DNA of 64,000 nt from contig JAPYRI010000004.1 in the NCBI GenBank assembly GCA_029941135.1, positions 3,116-67,115 on the forward strand, given 5' to 3'. Made by a program: the position numbers and the translations under genes. The stretch's first letter is position 1, and every line of letters begins with the position of its first letter. The notes beneath the pieces are model-generated. The model was not told the origin of the DNA. It searched no databases and was given only the letters and a program-made list of their open reading frames with translations. This document shows positions 28,190-37,336 of the stretch, one piece after another. The DNA is from Alphaproteobacteria bacterium. GTDB lineage: Bacteria > Pseudomonadota > Alphaproteobacteria > JAPYRI01.

Positions 28190-28695
28190 CAGCCGGGTTC
28201 TTTGCCAATGTCACTGTCCGGTTCCGGACCTTCGATGGCGCTCACTCTTCGATCCATCCGGCCGGTGACTAAGTCATCGGCTCCATTCTTGGAAAGCGCA
28301 TGCACCAATATTTCGCCGGGCAGAACGCGCACTGAAACCGTGCCAGGGGTTAAGGTGATCGAATTGGCAAACATCACTTGGCCGAGTTCGGTTCGCTGGG
28401 TCGATTTAATCGATGTAAGGGTTGGGCTGATCGGCAACTTAGGGTCGATAATCTGGCGTGCGACATCCCAATTCGCTTTAATTATTTCCCACCCCAGCCA
28501 GGGATAATAGGCAATTAAACGCAATCCCATATGAACCGGCTGGCCTTCATGATCGACCACGTCCATCCGCAGTGCGATCAGCACAACTCCAAATACTGAG
28601 GCCGCGCCTAGCCCCAACAGTAGAAAGTCCGTATGTCCGGAAAGAAGCAGCCACACAGCGGCGAGCGCCAGGGCTAAACTAGCAGCGTGGATCAA
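28189..28695 (-). CDS. MrpE/MnhE subunit
   Basis: ...WLLLSGHTDFLLLGLGAASVF...ANSITLTPGTVSVRV... is typical of MnhE. It is the first gene of the operon. Confidence 0.75.
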   Translation of the reverse strand: MIHAASLALALAAVWLLLSGHTDFLLLGLGAASVFGVVLIALRMDVVDHEGQPVHMGLRLIAYYPWLGWEIIKANWDVARQIIDPKLPISPTLTSIKSTQRTELGQVMFANSITLTPGTVSVRVLPGEILVHALSKNGADDLVTGRMDRRVSAIEGPEPDSDIGKEPG

Positions 28696-29058
28696 TCGTT
28701 GATGCCCCCAAAAACATATTCCCGCAGCCTCGGTCCGCGTTCCTTGACCGAATCGGTCGGTTCGATCTGGGCAGGCAGTACGCGGTAAAGAAACCGCCGA
28801 TACTCATAGACTGAGCGCTTCCGAACTTCCAGTGCATAAAGTGTTTATTCATAGTTAATTTTTCCGAAAGTATATGCGTCAGTTAGCCATTTGGCATACT
28901 TATGCACAAAAAAATGCCTTCGTTGCGCAATGGTGCGCGATATCAGGCCAAACTCGAAAAACCGTACAAATATCAAGAGATAACAAGTCTGTGATTAACG
29001 CGGTCAAGTTTGGTCAGATGGTCAAGTTGTGCTACGCTGAGGGTCGCGACAGTGGAAA

Positions 29059-29604
29059 GTGAGTGTGGAATTCATGGTGGAACATGATGAGGAGACCCGT
29101 GCGCCAGAAGGGAGTGATGCCCAAGAGATCGGCGGAACGGTCAAATGGTTTGACCCTGTAAAGGGCTATGGTTTTTTAACCCCAAGCGACGGCGGCGGAG
29201 ACGTGTTGTTGCATTCGTCAGTACTGCGATCCGCAGGCTACGATAACGTCCTGGAAGGCACCACCATCATATGCGAGGCGGTGGAGCGCTCGAAAGGTAT
29301 GCAAGCAACGCGCATTATCAGATTCGATCCCAGTACGGCGGTAGTATCTGAGCGTCCGGCGTCCTTGCAGCCGCGACCACCCGTCGTGGCAGAAGGGGAT
29401 TTCATGAGCGTGACCGTCAAGTGGTTCAATCGTGTGCGGGGCTATGGTTTCGTCACACGGGGGACAGGAACCCAAGATGTATTCGTGCATATGGAAACCC
29501 TGCGGGTTGCGGGAATACCGGAACTGCAGCCGGGTCAGGCCTTGAGGATCAAGATCGGCGAAGGGTCAAAAGGTCCGCAAGTTGCCGAAGTCGAACTGGC
29601 CTAA
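29059..29604 (+). CDS. Cold-shock protein with two tandem cold-shock domains
   Basis: There are two CSD cores: [31 protein letters not shown] and [31 protein letters not shown] (RNP1-like KGYGF / RGYGF). The alternative ATG at 29074 is possible. Confidence 0.8.
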   Translation: MSVEFMVEHDEETRAPEGSDAQEIGGTVKWFDPVKGYGFLTPSDGGGDVLLHSSVLRSAGYDNVLEGTTIICEAVERSKGMQATRIIRFDPSTAVVSERPASLQPRPPVVAEGDFMSVTVKWFNRVRGYGFVTRGTGTQDVFVHMETLRVAGIPELQPGQALRIKIGEGSKGPQVAEVELA

Positions 29605-29870
29605 CCTGCAAATTCGCAGTTCAGGGTGTAACGAGGTTCGGCATTGGGACATGACTCTGATTCTCATGATCGAGTGCCGGCTCGAGCGCGAACCTTTGAA
29701 CGCGCGTGCCTTGACGGCTGAATTGGCGAGCTGAGCGACAAGTTTTGCGTGAACCAAACGAACTTTATCCGGCAGGGTTTTGTCTATACTTGGCCAAAGG
29801 ATTTTTGCAGCGTTTTGTAGATGGCTTGATTGTTATCCACGGCGGGCGGGAAACGGGAAAAGGATGCCTT

Positions 29871-30383
29871 ATGGGTGTCCTTTTCTTGTTTGTGACCGTG
29901 CATTTGTGGGGGTCACAAAGTTTAGCGGACTCGTTGGTTGCCTCTGACGGCCGTAAAAGATTATCGCTGTCGCCATTAGTCATTGAAACCACCACCGGTG
30001 CGCACATTTTTCAGATTGAAGAGGTGGTCACGCCTGAGGCGCAAGCTAAGGGCTTGATGAACCGACAGTCGCTGGCGCCCGATCGGGGCATGCTGTTCGA
30101 TATTGCAACTCCCAGAAACATCTCCATGTGGATGAGCAATACCCTCATCCCGCTCGACATACTGTTTGTGAATGCCCAGGGCCGCATTATAAAAATAAGT
30201 GCAAATGCGGTGCCGGGCTCATTGCAATCCATTCGTTCGGGATCACCGGTTCGCTCCGTCGTGGAATTGCTCGGCGGCACCGCAGCGAAGATTGGCGCTG
30301 CGCCGGGTGACCGGATACGTCATCGACTGTACGGTGACACACTGGACTCGTCTAAAGCTAATAAAATTGGAGCAATTGAATGA
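29871..30383 (+). CDS. DUF192 (COG1430) family protein, secreted
   Basis: There is an N-terminal signal-like peptide, followed by ...GLMNRQSLAPDRGMLFDIATPRNISMWMSNTLIPLDILFVNAQGRII.... The ribosome-binding site AAGGA sits before the ATG at 29871, and the ORF is open from 29745. Confidence 0.6.
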   Translation: MGVLFLFVTVHLWGSQSLADSLVASDGRKRLSLSPLVIETTTGAHIFQIEEVVTPEAQAKGLMNRQSLAPDRGMLFDIATPRNISMWMSNTLIPLDILFVNAQGRIIKISANAVPGSLQSIRSGSPVRSVVELLGGTAAKIGAAPGDRIRHRLYGDTLDSSKANKIGAIE

Positions 30384-30440
30384 GGTGGCTGGACGCCCGG
30401 CAGGGCTTGGTGTATCTCACCGCCTGGCAATTGTCTTGTG

Positions 30441-30517
30441 CGGGGCGTAGCGCAGCCTGGTAGCGCGGCTGCTTTGGGAGCAGCAGGTCCTCGGTTCGAA
30501 TCCGGGCGCCCCGACCA
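30441..30517 (+). tRNA. tRNA-Pro (anticodon TGG)
   Basis: Cloverleaf read by eye: acceptor cggggcg/cgccccg, D-stem gcgc, anticodon stem gctgc/gcagc with loop tttggga (TGG), T-loop ttcgaat, discriminator A and an encoded CCA. Confidence 0.85.
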
Positions 30518-30569
30518 ACTCTGAACAGACTGACCGTCGGGAAACTATAAATCAGTTGACGATGTCCGT

Positions 30570-30824
30570 TTGTTCAGCCTCATGATTGAGAGGAGGCCGG
30601 AAATCACCTATCAATCAGTCTTGTGGTATTCCAGCATCCCTCATTTACTGCGACGTTTTTTGGTGGTCGTTAGCGCCACACTCTTGGCGTCGTCTCTCGC
30701 CGCCACTGCTCAAGCCGACGGAGTGGGACCGAGCGGCTGCGTCGTCGCCTCGGGCACTTGTGGCAGCGGATCCAGCGGGGGAGGCGGCGGATACGATCCC
30801 TACGCCGCCATGATGCCGAGCTAG
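30570..30824 (+). CDS. Small secreted Gly/Ser-rich peptide with two Cys (hypothetical; start uncertain)
   Basis: ...LLRRFLVVVSATLLASSLAATAQA | DGVGPSGCVVASGTCGSGSSGGGGGYDPYAAMMPS shows a signal peptide plus a 36-aa Gly-rich mature part. A GAGAGGAGG ribosome-binding-site-like element lies inside the annotated 5' end. Confidence 0.3.
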   Translation: MFSLMIERRPEITYQSVLWYSSIPHLLRRFLVVVSATLLASSLAATAQADGVGPSGCVVASGTCGSGSSGGGGGYDPYAAMMPS

Positions 30825-30967
30825 CGCAACGCCGCTCGACCGGTTATTGGTACACTGGCTGCGTTTAGAGCGCATTCACACAATTTGCGACGACCTTCCC
30901 TCTGAGGTCAGTTGGCTGTACTCTCCCGCCCAGGCACTAGGTGCCGATGAAGTTTGTGGAGTTGACC

Positions 30968-31246
30968 ATGGTTGCACGTATTTACCGGCCAGCCAAAAAC
31001 GCCATGCAATCCGGACGGGCAAACTCCAAAACTTGGATTTTGGAATATGAACCCCAGTCTCGGCGAACCATCGACCCCCTGATGGGGTGGACCAGCTCGG
31101 CGGACACGCTCGCGCAATTGAAGTTGCGCTTCGGCAGCAAAGACGAATGTATTGCCTTTGCCAAGAAAAATGGCATCCCGTATGAAGTGCACGAGCCCCA
31201 CGAACGCAAACTTAAAATTAAGACTTACGCGGATAATTTCCGCTAA
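30968..31246 (+). CDS. ETC complex I subunit conserved region protein (NDUFS4-like, PF04800-type)
   Basis: MVARIYRPAKNAMQSGRANSKTWILEYEPQSRRTIDPLMGWTSSADTLAQLKLRFGSKDECIAFAKKNGIPYEVHEP is the alphaproteobacterial NDUFS4 homologue pattern. Confidence 0.7.
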   Translation: MVARIYRPAKNAMQSGRANSKTWILEYEPQSRRTIDPLMGWTSSADTLAQLKLRFGSKDECIAFAKKNGIPYEVHEPHERKLKIKTYADNFR

Positions 31247-31288
31247 GACCTTGCGAAGCCGTCCGACCAGGCGGCCAAGTTACCCAGG

Positions 31289-31365
31289 GCGCCCTTAGCT
31301 CAGCTGGATAGAGCAACGGCCTTCTAAGCCGTAGGTCGCAGGTTCGAATCCTGCAGGGCGCACCA
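31289..31365 (+). tRNA. tRNA-Arg (anticodon TCT)
   Basis: Acceptor gcgccct/agggcgc, D-loop agctggata, anticodon stem acggc/gccgt with loop cttctaa (TCT), T-loop ttcgaat and an encoded CCA. It closely matches the canonical bacterial tRNA-Arg(UCU). Confidence 0.85.
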
Positions 31366-32332
31366 CTTTTAAATTGATCTCACGACAGATCACACGGCTC
31401 GCGTCTCCGATGGGGCGGCCTGATCGGTGGACCTCACGGTGCCCCAGTTGAAGCCAGTGGTGGACAAGGTGAATTATCCTGGGCTGAACTTAAAGCATCT
31501 GTACGTCGATTGACCATGCGCTAACCCATCCCCGCCACCTTAATGAAGCAGGTAAGATGGCTCTGTTAGCAGAAGCACTCCGCAGACCGGTCAACAAAGC
31601 CAAAGACAACCTCACCTCTGAGCAGGGAACTCAACTGGATCAAATGATAAGCCCCTGCGCACGGGTCCGCTGCGCAATCTTCGGCATGGTCATATCCATC
31701 ACTCGCCCGGCTATCAGTGGTGGTATGGTCAAGCGGCATTGGACGGGGTTTGCTGCGCGCAGTGCAAGTGTTCAATTTATGAGAATGTGTAACGCCAGGT
31801 TTACACGGCAAGCAAAAAGTCGCTGGCGCCTAGGACATGCGAAGGCGATTAGAAAGGCGCTGCGGCCACTTCCCTATAATTGTATATTGGGGAAAAAATC
31901 CCCCCCCCCGGTCACCTTACACAGGGGGGCCTGAAGTTAGATGACCAGAGAGGGAGTTAGGAGGGTAACGCAAAATGTTGCGCTACACAGCACAGCTGGC
32001 ATTATACGCAAGCTTAACGAACGTTCAATAGTTAAATGAAGGTTCATTCACCAAATAGCTGCAAAAATGCTAGTTTAAACTCTGATCAGGGGTTTATGGT
32101 GCCCAGTTGTGAGTGTATAAGAGCGACATCCTGCGTAAAGAAAGTATAATTTCCGGGTAAAATTCAGCACATTGGCTCCTCTCCAAGCGGTTGGGGAGGG
32201 TTCTCGGCGCCATTGGCACACAGTTTCTTGATACGCTGTAGGCCACAATATGGCATTGTGCGGCTTAGGCCGATGCTATCCGGTGACCAAATGATCGATA
32301 AGCCTAATGGGCGCAATACAAGGAGAAGTAAA

Positions 32333-32755
32333 ATGGGGAAACTGCTTTGGGGTCCGGTCGTGGCTCTGACAGGCGCTTTGGCTCTGGTTGGCTGTGGCGA
32401 GGGTGGTGGCGGTGATGGTGGAGATGTGGCAGCCGCAAAGGGACCTTCTGGCAAAATTGTCGGCAGCTGGGACCTGGATGGCGGTAAATGCGGCGGTTTG
32501 TCCAATGTGACCTTTACTGAAACCGGAGTGTCGATGAAAGCCTGGGGTAAAGAAGTCAGCGACACCATTGACAATTGGGACGAAAAGGAAGGCATCGTGC
32601 TGGCCAGTGCCCAATTGCCAGCTCTAGGGATTACATCGGAAGATCAATTGCCGCTTAAAATCTCCGATAAAGGACAGCTTGAAATGCACGCGAGCTTTAC
32701 CGGCGCCGTGCGGGAAACGATGCCCGAATTTGTTTTCATTCGCTGCGAAAAATAA
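32333..32755 (+). CDS. Hypothetical lipoprotein
   Basis: MGKLLWGPVVALTGALALVGCGEGGGGDGG... has a lipobox LVGC, then a soluble domain of about 110 aa. Confidence 0.5.
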   Translation: MGKLLWGPVVALTGALALVGCGEGGGGDGGDVAAAKGPSGKIVGSWDLDGGKCGGLSNVTFTETGVSMKAWGKEVSDTIDNWDEKEGIVLASAQLPALGITSEDQLPLKISDKGQLEMHASFTGAVRETMPEFVFIRCEK

Positions 32756-33116
32756 ATTGAGTGCAAGTCGGTCTGCCTGGAAACGGGCGGGCCGATTTTT
32801 TGTCCACTTGGAAAAAAACGAGAAGACCAGAGTCGCTGATTATCGCCTCAATAACGACATAAGCATTGTAGTGCAAATACCGCATGCACAATATTCGTTC
32901 TATTAGCATTGTGGGGAGTTGCGGAGGTCGTGAATTGGGGAAAGCCGAACCAGATCGGCAATGTTAATCTTCTGTCGCGGGTGCTATGAAATAGCCACAC
33001 TTTCCCCCTATAACCAGCCGGCATTTTCGGTTGGAACTAGATCGATGGTGTTTAACGGCCATACATTGGAGGCCGGTGAGTGACCGGCCCCCGTTTCTTG
33101 GGGCCGGCCGTCGGCA

Positions 33117-33326
33117 TTAGTCAACGACGACGATGTTCTCTGCGGAAGTTTTCCCGTCGCGACCGGGTACTAATTCGTATTCCACTTTTTGCCCTTCGGC
33201 GAGAGTGGCCAGTCCCGCGCGCTCAACGGCCGAGATGTGTACGAAAGCGTCTTTTGATCCGTCGCTAGGCTCAATAAAGCCATAGCCCTTAGTTGGATTG
33301 AACCATTTTACAGTTCCGGTAGTCAT
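33117..33326 (-). CDS. Cold-shock protein CspA family (single CSD)
   Basis: [35 protein letters not shown]... Downstream there is a strong GC hairpin at 33079-33108 (ccggcccc...ggggccgg). Confidence 0.9.
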   Translation of the reverse strand: MTTGTVKWFNPTKGYGFIEPSDGSKDAFVHISAVERAGLATLAEGQKVEYELVPGRDGKTSAENIVVVD

Positions 33327-33660
33327 GTCTTGTCCTTTTTAGCAGTATAGATAGTGCGAGCCACTTTAATGCAGCTTCACGTTCGTATGGGGTTCACGAT
33401 TTGTTAGGGGAGCTCGGTCAATCGCTAATGCGTCTAGGGGCGTCGCCAGGGCAATCTGTAACCCGAACAAGCAGTTGCACCATCTGCAAGAATTTGCAAG
33501 CAAAAACTATAACAGGGTCAGTTGCAGCGCGCACCAGGTCGCCAAGTACACGGCATCCGTTTACCTCAATGTTGATCCGCGGTGCCCTATTGCCGGCCCT
33601 CGGGCCAAACAAAATTACCCGGCATCAGGCAAGAATGCCGGATACACATAGGGGGCTACC

Positions 33661-33855
33661 ATGCGTTTGATTATCACTATTTTGCTGCCTTGGTTGCTGT
33701 TTTTTACCATTGGCCGGGCCGGGGCAGGGATTATTTGCATTATTCTCCAGTTGACTCTTGTCGGTTGGTTGCCGGCCGCGATTTGGGCAGTTTGTTCACT
33801 CAGTCAACACAATACCGATAAGAAAATCGAGGCAGCTACCGGCGGCGGCGATTAG
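33661..33855 (+). CDS. YqaE/Pmp3-family small membrane protein
   Basis: MRLIITILLPWLLFFTIGRAGAGIICIILQLTLVGWLPAAIWAV matches the UPF0057/Pmp3 pattern. Confidence 0.65.
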   Translation: MRLIITILLPWLLFFTIGRAGAGIICIILQLTLVGWLPAAIWAVCSLSQHNTDKKIEAATGGGD

Positions 33856-33884
33856 TCGCGGAAACGTAACGGAGTAAACGAGCT

Positions 33885-34106
33885 ATGGCACTTCGTTCGA
33901 GCAAATTTCCAATTGTTAAAATTGCTGTCTGGTCGCTGGTGTTTGGACTGGGTCTTGCGCTATTGGACGTCAGTCCGCGGGCACTCCTGGCCAGTATTGG
34001 CGGAACCGCACAGGATATATTCAAAGTCTTTGTAGACTTGTTCCAGTGGGCACTCGAATACATATTACTGGGAGCGGTTGAGATTCCCCGTATCTCCGAT
34101 CAATAG
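33885..34106 (+). CDS. Hypothetical small membrane protein
   Basis: The 73-aa ORF has a hydrophobic N-terminal half. No family recognised. Confidence 0.25.
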   Translation: MALRSSKFPIVKIAVWSLVFGLGLALLDVSPRALLASIGGTAQDIFKVFVDLFQWALEYILLGAVEIPRISDQ

Positions 34107-34118
34107 CCTTTGCCTGCG

Positions 34119-34727
34119 CTACAATGCTTTTGCTCGCGCCAATGCCGGTCTCGCATGGCACGTGTCCGCCCAGCGCTTTACATTCGTATGCGCCGAGTAG
34201 TCGAATTCAACCCTCGAAAGCAAGAGTATTACGCCGGACAAGTTGATGTCCGCGACGCTGAAATGCTCACCGAGCAAGTAGTCCCGGCCCTCTAACGCAT
34301 TGTTCAGTACCGCGAGCGGCCGCTCGAGTTGTTTTTCGGCCGACGCGATGAGCCTGTCATTGCGCTTATCTTCCGGTGTAAATAATTTCTGCATAACGAG
34401 CTGCATCTGCAATGGCTCAATTTCACTGATGCCCCAAATGGTCCATTGCCACGTCAGCGCTTCATCTGCCGCATTATCAGGGTAGAGATCGCCACCGTAG
34501 GTTTTGGCGAGATACATATTGATTGCCATGGATTCAAAGACCGTGAGGTCGCCATCAACCAGTGCCGGAATGCGGCCGTTGGGATTGACCGCTAGAAAGT
34601 CAGGATTCTTGGACTCTTCCATGTAATTTACGGACACATGCTCGTAGTCAATACCCATTTCTTCGATTGCCCATATGGAGCGCAGTGCCCGAGATCCTGA
34701 GATGCCGTACAGTTTAGGTTTACTCAT
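34119..34727 (-). CDS. Glutathione S-transferase
   Basis: It has the GST N-terminal thioredoxin-like fold (...SGSRALRSIWAIEEMGIDYEHV...NPNGRIPALVDGDLTVFESMAINMYL...) and a GST_C domain. Confidence 0.8.
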   Translation of the reverse strand: MSKPKLYGISGSRALRSIWAIEEMGIDYEHVSVNYMEESKNPDFLAVNPNGRIPALVDGDLTVFESMAINMYLAKTYGGDLYPDNAADEALTWQWTIWGISEIEPLQMQLVMQKLFTPEDKRNDRLIASAEKQLERPLAVLNNALEGRDYLLGEHFSVADINLSGVILLLSRVEFDYSAHTNVKRWADTCHARPALARAKAL

Positions 34728-34830
34728 TTACGTATGTCCTTTGGTATGAATTTGGTTGGATATTAGCCACAAGCGGTGCCCTTACCTGCGATCGCTTGAG
34801 GCAAGTTCGTCGACTGATAATTAGGGGGAA

Positions 34831-36006
34831 TTACTCGGCGGCTTGGGCGGATTGGATATACACGGCAACCCCGCTCACCGCATTTTGTTCGGCCGCAATT
34901 TGCTGTTCTTTTGCGGTCGCAAATTCCTGATCCCATTTGAGGATTTGGCGACCCATCAGCGGGAAAAACAAGGGCGGCAGGAACGCCGTAAACGCCGTTG
35001 TTATGGCGCCGTATTTGAGCAAAGGCGCGTCGCCAACTTTAACCACGGCCAGTTCATAAAACGGCCGGTTGGGATGTTCGTGATGCTCCGAGTGGCGGGT
35101 GACGTTGCACAGCACCACTGAACTAAGGCGTTTGTTTGAATTCCACGAATGGCGCGCGCCATCGGGTTCGTTCACGTCACGGACTTGGCCATGGTGGAAC
35201 ATAAAGCCGAGGGACTCGAGAAGCATCTTACTGACCCAAAAGGCGAGTGTATAAAAACCAACCGCGATCCAACCACCCAAAAACCAAACCAAACCCCAAA
35301 CAATAGCGATGCGTGCGCCGCTATGGATCAGGTGATTGGCGGGCGAAAGTACGGATTTTCCCTTTTTTTCGAGCCGTTCACTCTCCACTTTCCAGGCGTA
35401 GACCAGTTGCTTAAGGGGCGCGGTTGCAAAAAACGCGTAGTAACTGTCTCGTCGAAGCGAGAGCGATGCGTCGTAAGGTTGGCCCAATGTCGTGTGATGG
35501 CCGTAGACGTGCTCCACTTCAAATGGGACGCCGCCCGACATGGCAAAGAACCAACGGCCGAAGAACGTGTCGACTTTATCCCAGGTGCGGTGGGTCAACT
35601 CGTGCGCGACGAGCGTGTTGATTATGGCAAGCAAAAGCCCCATGCCGAGCGCGGCGCCGGTGTAGTCAAACAAGGTACTTCCTGCTTTGGCCGCCAGAAC
35701 ATCATAGCCGGTTGCACCAACGACAAGAGCGCCGTACCCGAGCAGATCGCCGGGCGTCATAGACCAGACAAACAAGAACGCTGTGACGATCATCACCGGC
35801 AAGTAACTGTACAAAATGAGATTGAGAATAAATGGATGACTGTACGATGGTGTTTTGGTCTCATCGCCCAGCAGAAAATCACCGGTAATCAATAGCGGGA
35901 CCATTGCACCAATTCCCAACCACAGCCAATGACCCCCCATAAGGAAGCCGGTGATGGTGATCAGAACAAGCAGATGGTTTGATAAATATTTGATGTACTT
36001 CAGCAC
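34831..36006 (-). CDS. AlkB-family integral-membrane non-heme di-iron hydroxylase (alkane 1-monooxygenase-like), paralog 1
   Basis: The histidine boxes are HELTH, EHVYGHH and RHSEHH, in a topology of about 6 TM helices. Confidence 0.7.
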   Translation of the reverse strand: MLKYIKYLSNHLLVLITITGFLMGGHWLWLGIGAMVPLLITGDFLLGDETKTPSYSHPFILNLILYSYLPVMIVTAFLFVWSMTPGDLLGYGALVVGATGYDVLAAKAGSTLFDYTGAALGMGLLLAIINTLVAHELTHRTWDKVDTFFGRWFFAMSGGVPFEVEHVYGHHTTLGQPYDASLSLRRDSYYAFFATAPLKQLVYAWKVESERLEKKGKSVLSPANHLIHSGARIAIVWGLVWFLGGWIAVGFYTLAFWVSKMLLESLGFMFHHGQVRDVNEPDGARHSWNSNKRLSSVVLCNVTRHSEHHEHPNRPFYELAVVKVGDAPLLKYGAITTAFTAFLPPLFFPLMGRQILKWDQEFATAKEQQIAAEQNAVSGVAVYIQSAQAAE

Positions 36007-36047
36007 AGATTTCGTCCCCTTGATATCCGTTTCACTTGGTGGCCGAC

Positions 36048-37247
36048 CTATTCAGCAGGGAGTGGCGCACGGGCGCTGTCTTGCCTGCCCTCCGCAGCGG
36101 CCATTAATGCGGCCACACCACTGGAGGCATTTTGCTCGTGCGCTATTTCTCGTTCTTCGGCGCTGGCAAATTCTTCATCCCATTTGAGTAACCGCGGCGA
36201 CATCAACTTGTGAAAGAGGGGAGGAATAAACGCCATCAATCCACCGGCGAAATACGGATAATTGACGGGCGCCTCGCCGGGCAGTCCCGGTTTCAGGTCC
36301 CAAAACGGAATGGTGCCATCGTGATGGTGATTGGAATGCCGTCCAATATTGAACATCAGCCAATTGCCAAGGGCGGCGTTGGCATTCCATGCGTGGCGCG
36401 GTTCAACCCGCTGACCGGGCACGCGTATCATACCGTAATGGCTGTAATACGTGAGCGCTTCGACCATCAACTTGCACACAGCACAAGCCACTGCGAAAAA
36501 TGCCAACGTGTACCACCCGCCAACCCCGTAAAGCGCGGCCACCACGACAGCGATCCGCAATGAAGGCCGCAATATTTGATTGTCGAGCGACACGAACGGT
36601 TTCCCGCGTCGTTTGAGACGCTCGCCTTCCGTCTGCCAGGCTTTGGACACTTGCCGGAACATGTTGTGGCCGAGCCAATAATAAAGGCTATCCCCGCGCC
36701 GGGATGAAGCCGGGTCATCGGTGCGGTCACCCACATGCGCGTGATGCCAATTGTGACCAACCTCGAACGAGTAGCCGGCGGTAAGGGCGAGCATCCAGCG
36801 CCCCGAAAACAACACCGTTGGGTTGCCGGTTTGATGCGCGAATTCATGCGCGCCAAGAAATCCGATGTTGCCGAAGATGAGACCCAACGCAAGAGCAGCG
36901 CCAACAAGGTCGAACCAAGTGCTCGCTTCGCGGGCGGCAATCGCGTCGAATCCGGTTGAGGACTGTATGAGAGCGCCCATACCCAAGAGATCGCCGGGGC
37001 TGCTGATCCAGGCAAGAGTGAACACCGAGAAGATCATGACGACCAAGGTGCCTTGGGCGATCAGCGAGATTGCCCACACATGCTGGTATTCGGGCTGGCG
37101 GCTTTCTTCGACCAACGGATCGAGCAACAGCCAAGCAATGATGACGCCCGGGAAGCCGAGCCACAGCCAATGGCCGCCCATATAGAGCGTTGCGCAGACG
37201 CCGCCGAATAGAAACGTGCCGATGGTAAACTTCAGATAGTCGAACAT
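36048..37247 (-). CDS. AlkB-family integral-membrane non-heme di-iron hydroxylase, paralog 2
   Basis: The histidine boxes are HEFAH, GHNWHH and RHSNHHH. It shares with paralog 1 the N-terminus ...GGHWLWLG... and the C-terminal tail LLKWD.EFA.AE...IA.EQNA.SGVA. Confidence 0.7.
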   Translation of the reverse strand: MFDYLKFTIGTFLFGGVCATLYMGGHWLWLGFPGVIIAWLLLDPLVEESRQPEYQHVWAISLIAQGTLVVMIFSVFTLAWISSPGDLLGMGALIQSSTGFDAIAAREASTWFDLVGAALALGLIFGNIGFLGAHEFAHQTGNPTVLFSGRWMLALTAGYSFEVGHNWHHAHVGDRTDDPASSRRGDSLYYWLGHNMFRQVSKAWQTEGERLKRRGKPFVSLDNQILRPSLRIAVVVAALYGVGGWYTLAFFAVACAVCKLMVEALTYYSHYGMIRVPGQRVEPRHAWNANAALGNWLMFNIGRHSNHHHDGTIPFWDLKPGLPGEAPVNYPYFAGGLMAFIPPLFHKLMSPRLLKWDEEFASAEEREIAHEQNASSGVAALMAAAEGRQDSARAPLPAE

Positions 37248-37336
37248 GCGTGCCCTCCTAGTCGGCTCCCCTTACCAAGAGCCTTTCCCTGGAAAGAGTA
37301 TAACAGATTACGGTAAGTAAGGGTGATCGAGGTTGA

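Noticed and set aside
20018-28695. The Mrp-like module as an Mbh/Mbx/FHL-type energy-converting hydrogenase or CO-dehydrogenase-coupled complex
   Set aside because: No NuoB/NuoD/NuoC/NuoI/NuoH-like (small/large hydrogenase subunit, MbhM) genes are present anywhere in the window. Only antiporter-module subunits plus a soluble ACAD-fold protein are there.
28874-29062. 62-aa ORF upstream of the tandem cold-shock gene
   Set aside because: It lies in what is most likely the long 5' UTR typical of csp genes. It has no ribosome-binding site and a poor composition.
31370-31560. Possible structured ncRNA (tmRNA / SRP RNA / RNase P) immediately after tRNA-Arg (ggggcggcctgatcggtggacc...)
   Set aside because: I could not find the tmRNA tag reading frame, the SRP domain IV motif or RNase P P4 elements by eye. 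It is left only as part of the odd-region finding.
31557-31934. 125-aa ORF in the low-GC region
   Set aside because: It has Arg/Ala-rich low-complexity and no ribosome-binding site. It spans the C10 homopolymer. It is probably not coding.
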